A stretch of DNA of 64,000 nt, taken from Isurus oxyrinchus (Eukaryota). Under the pieces are notes generated by a model. That model was given only the letters and a program-made list of their open reading frames with translations. It had not been told where the DNA came from and searched no databases. The translations under genes were made by a program, and so were the position numbers. The stretch's first letter is position 1. Each line of letters starts with the position of its first letter. This document shows, in pieces, positions 35,640 through 48,400 of this stretch. Where the stretch lies: positions 2,046,001 through 2,110,000 of the forward strand of contig JANJGN010000036.1 of NCBI GenBank assembly GCA_026770705.1, written 5' to 3'.

Positions 35640-38210
35640 TTCTTTGTTTCTTTCACGGGACGTGGGCGTCGCAGGCCTTGTCAGCATTTATTGTCCATCC
35701 CTAATTGTCATTGAAAAGGTGGTGGTGAGCTGCCTTCTTCAACCGTGGCGGTTTATGTGTTGTAGATGCAGCCAGAATATTGTTTGGGATGTGTTGAAGG
35801 ATTTTGACCCAGAGGCAGTGAAGGACTGGCGATATAGTTCCAAGTCAGGATGGTGTGAGGCTTTGTGGGCGACTCGCAGGCTTTGTTGCTCCCATGATTC
35901 TCCTGCCCTTGTCATTCCAGGTGGTAGAGGTCGCGGGTTTGGAAGGTGCTTATGAAGGGCATTGCTGAGTTGCTGCAATGCATCTTGTACATGATACACA
36001 CTGCTGCCATTGTTTGTCGGTGGTGGGGGGGGGTGGTCCGTGATATTTGAAGGTGCAAAGTGAAAGATGGGGCGCCAGTCGAGACGGCAGCTTTGTCCTG
36101 GATGGCGTCGAGCTTCTTGAGTGATTTTGGGGCTGCACTCATCCAAGCAAGTGTCGAGCATTCCACCACATTCTTGACATTTGCCTTGTCGATAGTGGAC
36201 AAGCTTTGGTGGGTCAAGAGGTGAATTGCTGTCCACAGAACTCCCAACCTCTGAACTGTTCTTGTGGCCTTAGTGTTAGTGTGGCCTGTCTAGTTCAGTT
36301 TCTGGCCAATGCCAATCGCCAGGATGTTAGTAGTGAGGGACTCAGCGATTTTAATGCCATTGGTTATCAAGAAGAGATGGTTGGATTCTCCATTAGTGGA
36401 CATGGACATTGCATTGTAATTTCTTGGCGCAAATGTTACTGGCCATTTATCAACTAAAGCCTGAATGCTGTACAGTCCTGGCTGCATATGGGCACAAGCC
36501 TCTTCAATTGTGCTGAACCTTGCACATATATGAGTGAACATCCAGCTTCTGATCTTGTGATGGAGGTAAGGTCACTGATGAAACAGCTGAAGATGACTGA
36601 GTCTAGAACACAATCCTGAGAAACATTTGCAGTGATGACCCGGGACTGAGAAGACTGACCTGCAATAGGCACAGCTATCTTCTTTTGTCCTAGGTACGAC
36701 TTCAACCAACGGAGTTTATTCCCATAATCCCCATTCACTCTAGTTTTACAGTGGATCCTTGATGAAACAATCATTCAGATGCTGCCTTGATGTGAAGGGC
36801 AGTCACTCTCACCTTACCTCATGTACTCACCTCCTTTGTCCACGCTTTGAATAAGGCTGTAATGATCTCCATAGCTCAATGGCCCTGGCGGAGCCCAAAC
36901 TGAACATCAGTGAGCAGCTTATTGCTGGGCAAGTGCCGGTTGATATGATCCCTCGCATTTGTTTGCTAATGACAGAGGGTTCACTGATGGGGTGGTAATT
37001 GGCTGGGTTGGATTGTCCTGGGTTTTATGGACAGGACGACCCAGGGCAGCTTTTCACATTTCCCTTAGATGCCAGTGTTGTATTTGTACTGCAACAACCA
37101 AAGTGGTTGCCTCTTAATTTGTCTAAATTCAAAGCCACCAATTTCAAGGACAATTATGGAGCAACAACAAATGCTGGCTTGGACAGTGATAGCTACATCC
37201 TATGAAAGAACACATTAGCTTGGCTGAGGGCACATCTAGCTTTGGAGCAGAATCTTCCATATTATTGCCAGAATATTGTCATGGTCCATACCCTTTGCAG
37301 TGTCCAGTGCCTTCAGCCTTTTCTTGATATCACGTGGAATGCACCAAATTGGCTGAAGACTGTCATCTGTGATGTTAAGGACACGAGGAGGAGGCTGAGA
37401 TGTATCATCCTATCGGCACGTCTAACTTTAGATTGTTGCAAATGCTTTAACCTTATCTTTTGCATGGATGTGCAGCTCATGGCTTGCCCTCCAGCACTTT
37501 TCAATGAACCAGGGTTAATCACACGGCTTGAAGCCAATGGTAGATTTGGAGTTATCCCAGGCCAAGAGGTTATAAACTGTGGCTGTATAAAATTCTGCTT
37601 CCACTGATGGCCCACGGCGCCTCGTGGATGCCCAGTTGTGAGTGGCTCGATCTGTTTGAAACCTATAGCAATTATCATGGTGGTAGTTTCACAAAACGAT
37701 GTAAGGTATCCGCAGTGTGATGAAGGAGGTTCGTCTTCACGATGACTGTTTCATGTTCACTCCTATCAATACTGTCATGACAGATGCATCTGTGGCAGGC
37801 AGATTGTTGAGGGCGAGTTCAAGTAGGTATTTCCCTCTTGTTGGTTTCCATACCAACTGCTGCAGGCTCAGTACTTTCGGATTCGGCAAGCTACGTCAGA
37901 AATGGTGCTCCAGAACCACTCTTGGTGATGGCCTTTACAGTCCCCCACCCGGAACACATCCTATGCTACCCTCAGAGTCTCCTCAAAGTGGTATTCAACA
38001 TGGAAGAGCATTGATTAATCAGCTGGGGTCTGGGGACCGATAGGCAGGTGGGATGTGACAGGCGGTAATCAACAGGAGCTGTTTTTCTCCATGCTGGAAC
38101 TGACGCCATTTGACTTCTTGGGGCCCAGCGTCGATGTTCAGTTTTCCCTCCTGACTGTACACCACTGTGCCGCAACCTAAGGGATGGGAATGATGCCTGG
38201 GTCATTGTCT
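35640..38210 (-). mobile_element. Decayed CR1/L2-clade LINE with RT remnants
   Basis: LRWLKSYLGQKK...VSQDCVLDSVIFSCFISDL; WMSAAPKSLKKLDAIQDKA. Confidence 0.8.
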
Positions 38211-39719
38211 CACAGGCTGTATTCAAACGTCCGCCAATAAGAAGACATAAAGAGGTGAGAACTCAATAGATTATATCACATTTCCAATCGGATGCGCTGC
38301 TGGTGGGGTTAGTAATTTATCTTCCTACTAAAAACGGTTGAAGCGCTCAGAGAACCAATAAACTATGTTAAGATAAGTTGGGTAACACAATTAAGGTTAC
38401 TAAGAACAGGAGAGAGAAACTACTTCTTCTGGAGAGGAAAGTCCAGAACAAGGAGAAGATCCTTTAACTTGGAGGCCGGCCATTCAGGGATGATGTCAGG
38501 AAGCAATTCATCACACAAAGGGGATTGGAAATCTGGATCACTCTCTTCCAAAGAGCTGTTGAGGTCATATGGGTGAGGGTCAGTTGGAGATGTCAAAACT
38601 AAGTTTGCGAGTTCTTTGTGTGGGAGGATGTAAAGTGTGACAGAACCAAGGCGGGTAGGTGGAGTTAATGCATGGTGCATGTTTCATCGAGTAGAATGTC
38701 AGGATTGGTTTGAGGGATTGCATGTCCTCCTCCCATTCATAAAATCCTAACTTTTTTTTTTGTCTTTCCAGTATATATTCTGTGTATTTTAACAACGATG
38801 ACAGTGTTCCAAAATGTGCAGCAGGCCGATGGAGGTGTTGAAAAAGCTGTAAGCCATGAAGTCATTATGAATTCGTATTTTCCTGCACTCTGCAAATTCA
38901 CTGGTGATGAGATAATAATCAGATTGTTCGAAACCTCCTCGCGCATTTTTAAAAATGTACTCCAAAACGAGAACGATGCATCAAAAGTTTGTAGGGATAA
39001 ATTGCTAATTTATAATCAGATTTCATCTTGATTTTTAGGAAGTGCAGCGGATACATTTCAGTGAGATAATGGAAGATAATAAAATATGTCCAAACAATTA
39101 ACCTCCAAATTGACCTGCCTCACGCTCAAAGACGTTGCTGATTGTGGTAGGTATTAACGTTGGCTGCCAGGCAGCTGAAGATCACTATCTTATATTCAGC
39201 AAGACGCACAATTGATATTCTTGTGCGTTACCTCAACAGTGACCAAAAATAGAAAATCAATTTCCATTAGAGCAATTAATTAAATGTAACTGACTAATTA
39301 CAAGGACATTAAATGAGTTTAGCTCTTGAGCGATTCTGTAGATACCCATTAAGGTTCTGATGTGAATGCATGGGGGTCTGTTTTCTTTCCCATAGTGTAA
39401 TAGTGAGTGACACAGCAATGAGATTAAACACACTGCAGGCACGGCTGTCAAGAGTCAATCTGTTGCGTCTTGAATCAGAACGTTTTTTGGGCTGCAGACC
39501 CAATCGAGGTCTCAGGAAGTTCCAAAGAGTTTTCAAGACAAATGTTAAATATAGTCACTGTTGTAATGTAGGAAATATGTTTTTCAAACATTGTTCTTGA
39601 GAATAAAATTCATTCCACAATAAACTTTTACCTGTTGGTATCGGTATCTAAATGTTTAATCACAGCATAAGACAACAAAGGGAATTTGCACACACCCGTC
39701 CGCTTCCACAATAAACAGA

Positions 39720-40115
39720 ATTACAGGAATGACATGTTGCTGAAAAGAAGGACACGTTGCTGAATTTCTTCACCTGTACTCATCAGGACAGATGCAAGAA
39801 TGCCAAATTTGAAAGAATGAAGACAATTTATACCAGCTGAGAAACGCGTGCTGATTGGTTGACAAGTCGAGTCTGATCGGCCGTGACGTTGCCACGGAGA
39901 TAGCAGTGGGTGCTCTTGGCTCTGCAAGCTCCAGGGTAGTTCAATAAAAGCTGTAAGGCTTGAAAATATTCCTTTTGATTGCGGAGAACGGGTCCTAGTT
40001 CATGAATGTATGTCCCTTCTAGCAGGTTTAAATGAGCCTTGTTACGAACTGGAACGATTATGGTAAAGTGGTTGTTGTTGTTCCTGTTAGCACACTCAGG
40101 AATGTTCTTCAAGTC
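39720..40115 (-). mobile_element. Penelope-like element 3' fragment (GIY-YIG C-terminus)
   Basis: PECANRNNNNHFTII...HLNLLEGTYIHELGPVL. Homologous to ~58850-59020. Confidence 0.6.
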
Positions 40116-40449
40116 TTCTCACTTTCACAATCACTCACACAATCTCCCTCCTTTCACACTCTCCCGTTCACTCGTTCTCCTTTTCTCACCTTCTAACATT
40201 ATTATGTTCTAATTCACTCCTCCATGTCAGGTTTCATTTTGCATCTCATAAGTTAACTTAAGGTATCTGCCTCATTAGAAATGATATGCTCATACTCTAA
40301 TGCATTGCAACTGGCACAGTACCTGCAAATATACAGCAAGCACTCCAAGTGGCGAAATGTAAGAAGTGCCGTTTTGTTTCTATTCGAAGCCCGACCCTCT
40401 TCTGCCACTGACACTGTATCTGCGCATGTGCGGATACTGCTTCCCTGGT

Positions 40450-41900
40450 GTTCCAGCAAAATTGAAAACCGCCTTAAAAATATTGTTAACTTTATTCCTT
40501 CCGAATTCGTTATCTTGACCAATGTAACAATTAACTGCCACATTATTCGCCTGAGAATCGGTTACTACACCCAATGCAACAGTTATTTGTAGACTAAATC
40601 CTTGATTAATTGCTTATAGATTTCAGTTTACCGAGTAACTGTAAATTTACCTCCAAACGCTCGCATGTCAATTTTAACAATCAACTGCACCATTAAATCA
40701 CAAGTATATCCGATATAATGTCCATTTCAACAATTAATATCCTGAAATTTCATTATAAGCCAAATATAACTTGCATCCTCGTCTAAACATCAGCAGGGCG
40801 AACTGAACATCCAGTAAACTGCGTGTATCGCTTATGCTTAATTGAGCATTTACCTGTAGCTTTATTTCGCATTCAGTTGTTTGTAAAACCACATTGAAGA
40901 ATCACCCAATTCTTTATTCCCATGTCTGTTGATATCAAGACAAATTTAACACATAACTCGCACTGTATTCTTCTGTGCATTTGTAGTCCAGGCAACGTCA
41001 TCAATAAACTGCAAACGTAATCCTTTAAGAATCTGCTATAATCTCCAACTCAATAATTAACTTCACTGCCATTCCCATGCGAATTGGTACTTTTGCTCCC
41101 AGCAACATTAATTGCCTTGTCTCATTTAACAATAACGTGTAACCTAAAGTCCTTGATTTATGATTATGCTGCCGAATATATTTATTAAATGGAACGTTGT
41201 TCGCTTGTGTGTTGTCTAAATGGGTAATATCACAAATGAATTCATCTTGTGCCCTCGTTTCATCTTATAAGACTCAAAATGAAAGCCAAACCTCCGTGTT
41301 AGTTATAAAACCTAGCATAACAATTACTCGCAACATTATACCTAGAACATTATTGAGCATTCGCTATCTAAAAACTATACGTAACTTTAATCCTCTGATC
41401 TTTGGTTACTATGTCCGAATATCAACGCAATATCATGTTATTCATTTGTGAAATGGTTATTATGTCCCGTTTGGCACCCGGCCGAAATTTTATTACACTT
41501 TTCCTTAGATATGACGTCGAAATTAACAATTAGAAATTCTATGCTCCTGCACATTGTTAACGCGCACAGTATAAAATTCAACTGTAAAGTTAAACCTGAA
41601 TGTTAAATTCCTATTGTGACATGGATATTACATTTTACATTATACATATTAATTTGTGTAGCGTTTGCAATATTACAACTAAACGTATTTTTATGCTGTG
41701 TAACTGTTGAAGCGTACAATTCAATAATTACATGCAATGCCATTGCCGTATGCATCGCCAACTGTGTCCAATTTAACATCGAACTCGAGCATTATTCCGC
41801 TTTGCATCGGTTGTTATGCACAGTTTAAGAAATAACTGTTATTTTCTACCACTGCTTACTGTTACCAAAGCCAAGATGTCAAATCGCCTCTAAATTTAAG
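40450..41900. repeat. Highly degenerate AT-rich tandem repeat (recurring caatNtaacaattaactg core)
   Basis: Core variants near 40520, 40572, 40668, 40722, 41045, 41315, 41720 and 41770. Confidence 0.4.
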
Positions 41901-41921
41901 ACAATATCTTAGTTACTGCTC

Positions 41922-41926
41922 CATCG

Positions 41927-41959
<33 letters not shown>

Positions 41960-42135
41960 CCTTCATCATTNNNNNNNNNNNNNNNNNNNNNNNNNNNNNN
42001 NNNNNNNNNNNNNNNNNNNNNNNNNNNNNNNNNNNNNNNNNNNNNNNNNNNNNNNNNNNNNNNNNNNNNNNNNNNNNNNNNNNNNNNNNNNNNNNNNNAT
42101 CTTCTTCATCTTCTTCTTCGTATTATTATTATTGT
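41922..42135. repeat. (CAT)n/(CTT)n/(TAT)n microsatellite with N-run 41971-42098
   Basis: Direct inspection. Confidence 0.85.
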
Positions 42136-42399
42136 TTCTCTTTCTGGTTTTGATGTTTTTTTTTAAATTACCCTTTTGTAGAATCCGTCTGACACTGGTA
42201 AAGGCAGCATTTGCACTCATCCGTAATTGTCCTGAATGCTGGTTTTGGCGACAGTGCCATAAACGGTTCTCGATTGTTTAGAAGAAATGCTTTGAGTTCA
42301 GTCATGCCGATTATGGAAGGAAATATGCCATCCTTACCTGGTCTGGCCTACATGTGACTCCAGGCCCATACCAATAGGATTGACTGTTAATTGTCCTCT

Positions 42400-44290
42400 A
42401 CATTCATCCGGCAAGCAATTCAGTTAGCAACCTGCTGCAAAAAAGCCAAAAAGGAATAACAACGGAGGGGCCAGGTGTGACATCGACATAGGCAATGAAA
42501 ACAACAACACCAAACAGAGCCCTGCCGACCCTGTAAAGTCCACCTTAATAATATCTGGAGGTTTATGCCAAAAGAAAATGCATGCAGGAGCTTTCCCACT
42601 GTCATTACAGTCACCGTTCCAGACAACACGATTACCACAACCAAAGCAAACTGTAGGCCAACGAATAGGAGCATTTTTTGACCAAGAGCATTAACTCGGT
42701 TTGATTCTCCAGAGACCTTTGCCGACATTTATGTTTTTGTGCTGCAATTATCATCCCCAGGTAGGACAGATACAACAGCTTTAGGCGCACAGGAATATGC
42801 AGTTGGGAGGAAATTACCCGGTTCACCTACAAATTGACATTGGACCCCATGAAGTGTAATCATGTCAAACGTGAGCAGCAAAACTCCTACTATTTATCAC
42901 ATGCCACTTTCCTTCAGTAGCTGAATCAGTGCTTTTCTATATTGAATGCTGCCTGGCGGAACACTGAGGGTGGTGAGGACTCGGAATGTTCTCTGGATAG
43001 GAGACTTCAATGTTCATAAACAAGAGTGATTCCATAGCACTACGGCTAACAAGCCAGCCCAGTTGTGAAGGAAATAAATGCTAGATTGTGCCTGTGACAG
43101 TTGGGGAGGGAACAACCAGGGTGGGGGATACCGAACAGACATGGCACTCACCATTTAAATTGTCAAATATCCATCTGTCCATGGCAGGAGATGTAATATG
43201 TAACATAAGCAATTGCATGCCAAACAGCGTGAATATGATGCCATAGACTCGAAAGCTCTACGATCCTGCCCCATTGAGCAAAGAATGGTGGTGAGCAATG
43301 TGAGAACTAATCTTGCGAGGAGGCTCCGCCACAATCCCCAGCTGCAATGACGGGGTCCCCAGCACATCAGTGCAAAAGCAAGGTAAAAGACAAGATTGAA
43401 ATATTTGCAACCATCTTCAGCTCGAAGTGCCATGTGGATGATGTATCTCGGCTGCGTGCTAATGTCCTCACCCTTACAGATGTCTATTTTTGGCCAATTC
43501 GATACACATCATATGAGATCGGGAAACGAATGAATACAAAGGATGGTTCAAATTCTAGGCGCCTTGGTATTTTCCTGGCAATAATACTGAAGACTCCAGA
43601 ATGAGCCACGCCCGTGGCCACGTTCATCCAAAGCAGCTGCAATGCATGGCATCTTGCGATCACCCCACAATGTGGAAAATTGCGCAGCTGTATCTTGCCC
43701 TTGTGAACCATGGTAAATGCAATCGGGAAAGTTGTAGCCTCCTGACAATAGTCAGCGAATTGTTGGAAGTTGGCAATGGCAGTACTATCAAAAGGCATTA
43801 ACACAAAAATAAACTGCTCACTAACGCCCAGTTCGGGTCCCGCCAGAACCATTGAGCCCCTGAACCTATTACAACCTTGGCATAAACGTGACAAAGGGGT
43901 TCAATTCCAGAGATAAGCTGACAACGTCTGCCATGTGATCAATGCAGTATTTACCAAGAGGTAGCAGCAAGGAGCCCTGGCAAAATTGAAGTCAATGGGC
44001 ATTGGGCAAAGTGAAGAAGGGTGTGGGAGTGGGGGCATGGAGTGAGGTCCCCTCTAGTTGGGGTCATACCTACCACAAAGGAATTTGGTTCCGTTCTTTG
44101 GACACCATTCTTGTCAATCACGGGACATTGTTGCAGGAGCTTCCCAGGGTGGTGTCCTTGATACAACCATCTCTGTCTGCTTCATCAATGACGTTCCCTC
44201 CATCTTATGGCCAGGATTGCGGATGTCCGCCGATGATTGCAAATTCTCGCAACATTCTCAAAACTTGAAGCCCCTGTGAGCATAAGCCAC
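42400..44290 (+). mobile_element. Decayed CR1/L2-clade LINE (same family as 35640-38210)
   Basis: AKxKVEIFATIFSSKCHVDD, AGASQGGVLD...FINDVPS and ADD RT remnants. Confidence 0.7.
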
Positions 44291-44559
44291 TGGACCTGGA
44301 AAACATTCTGGCTTAAGCTTCTTTAAAAAAATCATTCACCGGACATGGGTGTCGTTGTCTAGGCCAGAATGTTTATTGCCTAATCCTTATTGATGTTGAG
44401 AATATGGTGCTGAGCCGCCTTCTTGAACCTCTGCAGTCCATGTGGTGCAGACAAACCCAGAATGCTGTTAGGTAAGAGGTCCCAGGATTATGACCCAGCG
44501 ACAGCGAGGAATGGTGATACATTTAGTGTTCAGTTTGTTGTGTTTGGTATGGTAGGTTA

Positions 44560-44990
44560 ATTGAGAAGTCCTATTCGTTTGAATGTTTGCAATGGTTTGA
44601 AGTGACAATAAGTTTGGTTGGCTGCGTGGCTTGGAGGAGCCGTGTGGTCATAAGTTCCTGTGTGGGCTTGAGACGCTGTATTAGTTTGAGGCGCACTCAT
44701 CGTTTGAGGTGTTGTGGCTTGAGAAGTTATTTTGTATTGATTCTCTGCATTAGTTTGAACGACTGCATTAGTTTGAGTCGCTGTGCTATTTTGTGGGGCT
44801 GCAGTATTTTGAAGAACATCGTTGGATTCAGGGACTATTGTTTTTAGCTATTATATTAGTTTGAGAAACTGTATCAGCTTGAGGTGTTGTGTTAATCAGA
44901 GTGCAGTATAGTGTGGAGTGGCTGTGTAAAGAGGCTCCCTATTGGTTGGAGGGGAAGCATAGTTTGCATTATTGTATTACATAGGTCTGA
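44560..44990. repeat. Degenerate ~17-bp minisatellite (ctgtattagtttgag..)
   Basis: Repeated ctg(c/t)attagtttga units. Confidence 0.6.
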
Positions 44991-45482
44991 GGTCCATTAT
45001 TAGAATGATTCTGAAACCACCACCGCAAAGAAAGCACTTCAATTGTTTAGCAATACTGCAACAGTTATGGGTAGAAGGTAAATACCAGAGTTTGGCAATG
45101 AGATGCCGCTCCAACTTTTGGAATCTGGCTGTTTGAACGAACACAGCAGTGTGAAAGGCATTCTAAGAACAGTATGAGATACTAATTATGTTTGATGGGG
45201 CATGGCCATTGAAGGAAACCACAAAATCAAATTGATCAGGACTGCTTATTATTTCGTATTTTCCAATTAAATCTCAGCACTAAATACATTAGCTGTTACA
45301 TCAGGGATTTAAATCGGCTGTCGTAATCTGTTGTTACCATTAAATGAATAATATTATGAACAATGCCCCGGTGGAAAACTCACAGTGTATAAATTAAAGA
45401 CAATGCAAATGTACCATCTCTTAGTTCAAGTCAGGCATGGTGTCTGGAGCAGGAAGGGACAGATCGCTTCACAGAAAAAAAA

Positions 45483-48400
45483 ATGTATGAAGCATTTTTC
45501 AGTACGGCTAAAATTGTCTTCATTGGCATCTCCATTATTGGTGTTCCTGGTAAGTGCCTACAGACATTGGAATTGTGCAAATATGTGTGCGAAATGGTTT
45601 ATTCTGAAGTTCTCCACAATTTTATTCCAGTGTCTCAACTGATAAATATCCCTCTGCATGTCAATCAAAGAGTTGCTGAATTCTAAAGTCATCGCTTTAA
45701 TTGACTGTTTGGTGCTGCTGAATCCAATCTCAGGGCACTCAGAAAGCTGAGAGTATATATGTGTGGAAGTTAGTGTCAAATCAAGCTTTTGTGAGTTACT
45801 AATTGGAGCGGAATGCCTGACCCCAGTAGCCATGCATTGCTAAACTACCTGTCACTGTAAAATTATACTGAGTGTGGGTCACTAATTGGAATAGAATACC
45901 TGATACCAATGGGCATGTATTATTGGAAGTACCTATCATTGCTGAAATATAATGGATATAGTTACTAATTGGATTGTACCAGCCAATTCTGCTTTGTAAT
46001 AATTTTTCAGGTGATTGATCCAGCTAAAACGCAGAGCTGCCTCCGTATTTTTTGAATATAAACCGTGGAAAATAGGAACACCACAGGTTAAAAACATTGT
46101 TACTGCATTCAAAGACCCTAAATAAAGACATATTCTTAGGCTAGATTGAATTGCTCTGAACACTTTCGATTACTCGCAGTAGATAATAAGTGTTGAATTA
46201 TTTTATATTGTTACAAACGGATGAGTAATGCATCCTTGACTATCTCACTTCTGTGACATATAAACGTTTGGCAAAGTAGTGCTCATCTGCGATTAAAATT
46301 CTCGCCATCTGCATGGTGAGATCTGTCTCTACGAGGAGATAGAGGTATAACTGAGAAATAGACATTTCCACTTTTTGTTTTCAAGGTATCATTCCGGAGG
46401 CAGTAAATAGTAACTAAGTAAATCTGTTAATTATGAAATAATTGTGCATTGCTTCAACAAAAAAAAATCTGCATCAATGTTTGCAGGCTTACGTAAGGAT
46501 TTGTGATTGTGAAGATTTATACTAAGGTTGCACAGAATTGCAAGACATTTACAGGACCCAAACTGGCCACTCAACCATTGCTTGTTGCTATGCTTCGTTC
46601 AATCCCTGCCCATCTCACTCGATCAGCATACCCTTATATCCTTTCTGCCTCGTACATTTAGCCATCTTGATAAATTTCACTCACCTCAACTACCATATAT
46701 AGCTACAAGTTACAAATTCTCACCAAAATCTCAGTAAAGGCATCTCTGCTGAAATCCTGCTTTGTCGAATTGGTGACGATGCTTTATTGGCGAATTCCAG
46801 ATCTGAGCTCCCTCAGACGTATAGATATTGTCTCCGTGTCACCTCTCTGAAACCAATTTCTTATACCGAGTGTATCTATTATGTTACTGCTCAGTCTTCC
46901 TTATTGAGAAAAAAAGAGCCAGGACGCATTCAATTCTTTCTCATTGGTAAAATCTCTCAGTTCTGCTCTTGTTCTCGAAAAAAAACTATAGTTACACTTC
47001 TGCAGTTCTTCAGTATCCACTTTGTAATATGAGGAGCAGAACTGCGCACACTTCTCTCAGTATGATGTAATCAAGGAAAGGTAAAAGGTTAATCTATTAT
47101 CTCCGCTTTTACTTAACTTGTACTAGAAATAAGCCCTATTGTTTCGTTTGCATTCGCATGTCCTTGGTGTCCTTCGTTGCTAATTTAAATCATTTCCACT
47201 CTGTACTCGCTGAAATCTTAGCACCTTTATTACGTTATCAATGATCTCTCTGCAATAATTTTCTTGGAGTTTTTGATGAACTTATTCAATTACTAATACA
47301 CTGTTAGTCCTTCCATCTTAAATCTCTGTCCCTTCTTGCACCTCGACATAATACCTGTTGGCTAATTTTGCTCCCACTGTTGCCAGCATGCGTGGTTTTC
47401 TTCCGCCTGAGATCGCTGATGGCCTCCATGTTTCCTTTAATATTTCTGAGAATGCCGCTCTCGAGTCCAAACTCACACAAACAAAAGCTCCCCCTAAGCT
47501 CACAACAAACGATATCTTTCCTGACCCGCTGAATTAGCTATTTGGCCAGACAATTTCCACCCGCTGTGGGTACAATTCGAAGGCCACATTTGGAATGTGT
47601 TCCATTGGCTTCATTCCCATAGGAAACCTGCTCTCCCCCATTGGCTCTAAATTGCTTAGATTTCCTTCTGCGCAACGTTTTACAAAACTGATGACTGTAG
47701 TGGTGTCAATTCATATATATTTTTTCATATGAACTGAAAAAGAAAACAACATTCCTTCTTATTCCAACTCTTCCTTACCTGCATATGATCCATCACTGCC
47801 TCTTCACTTGTCTTCTTCAGTATCTCTATTTCTATTTTGAAGGATAGGTTACTCCTAATATCAACTATAAGGCCATCGATTTCCACAGATATCTTGGCTA
47901 TACGTCACAATCATCACTTCCTGTAAATATTCTGCTCCATTCTTCCAGTGATTTTTTTTACCCATATATTTGCATCCATTCGCACAATAGCAACTTCCAG
48001 ACCCAATTACGCAAATTATATATTTTCTTCAGAAGAGTAGTCCCTCCCTTCATTATTATCAGAACATATACGTTCCATTCATCATGAAACTCTATCACTC
48101 TCTCTCCTTCATGTGAGAACCATAAAAGTGGCCCCCCCCCCCCCCACACCCTTGTTCTTCCTTCTAGTCCAGTGAACTTCACAATCAATGTCTCATCTAC
48201 TGCGATGCCCACCATATTGAGCTGATGCCAACACAAGACACACCTTCCTGGATAACTCTCCCCGTGCAGCATTATGATTCACTCTTTCATCACCCCCAAC
48301 TTTCTGTTTCTACCTCTGCAGGATACGCAAATCCTGCCCTTGCGCTCATTTCCTTCCAACCATACAGTGACACAAACGCTCGGTGCAGAAAAAACTGCGA

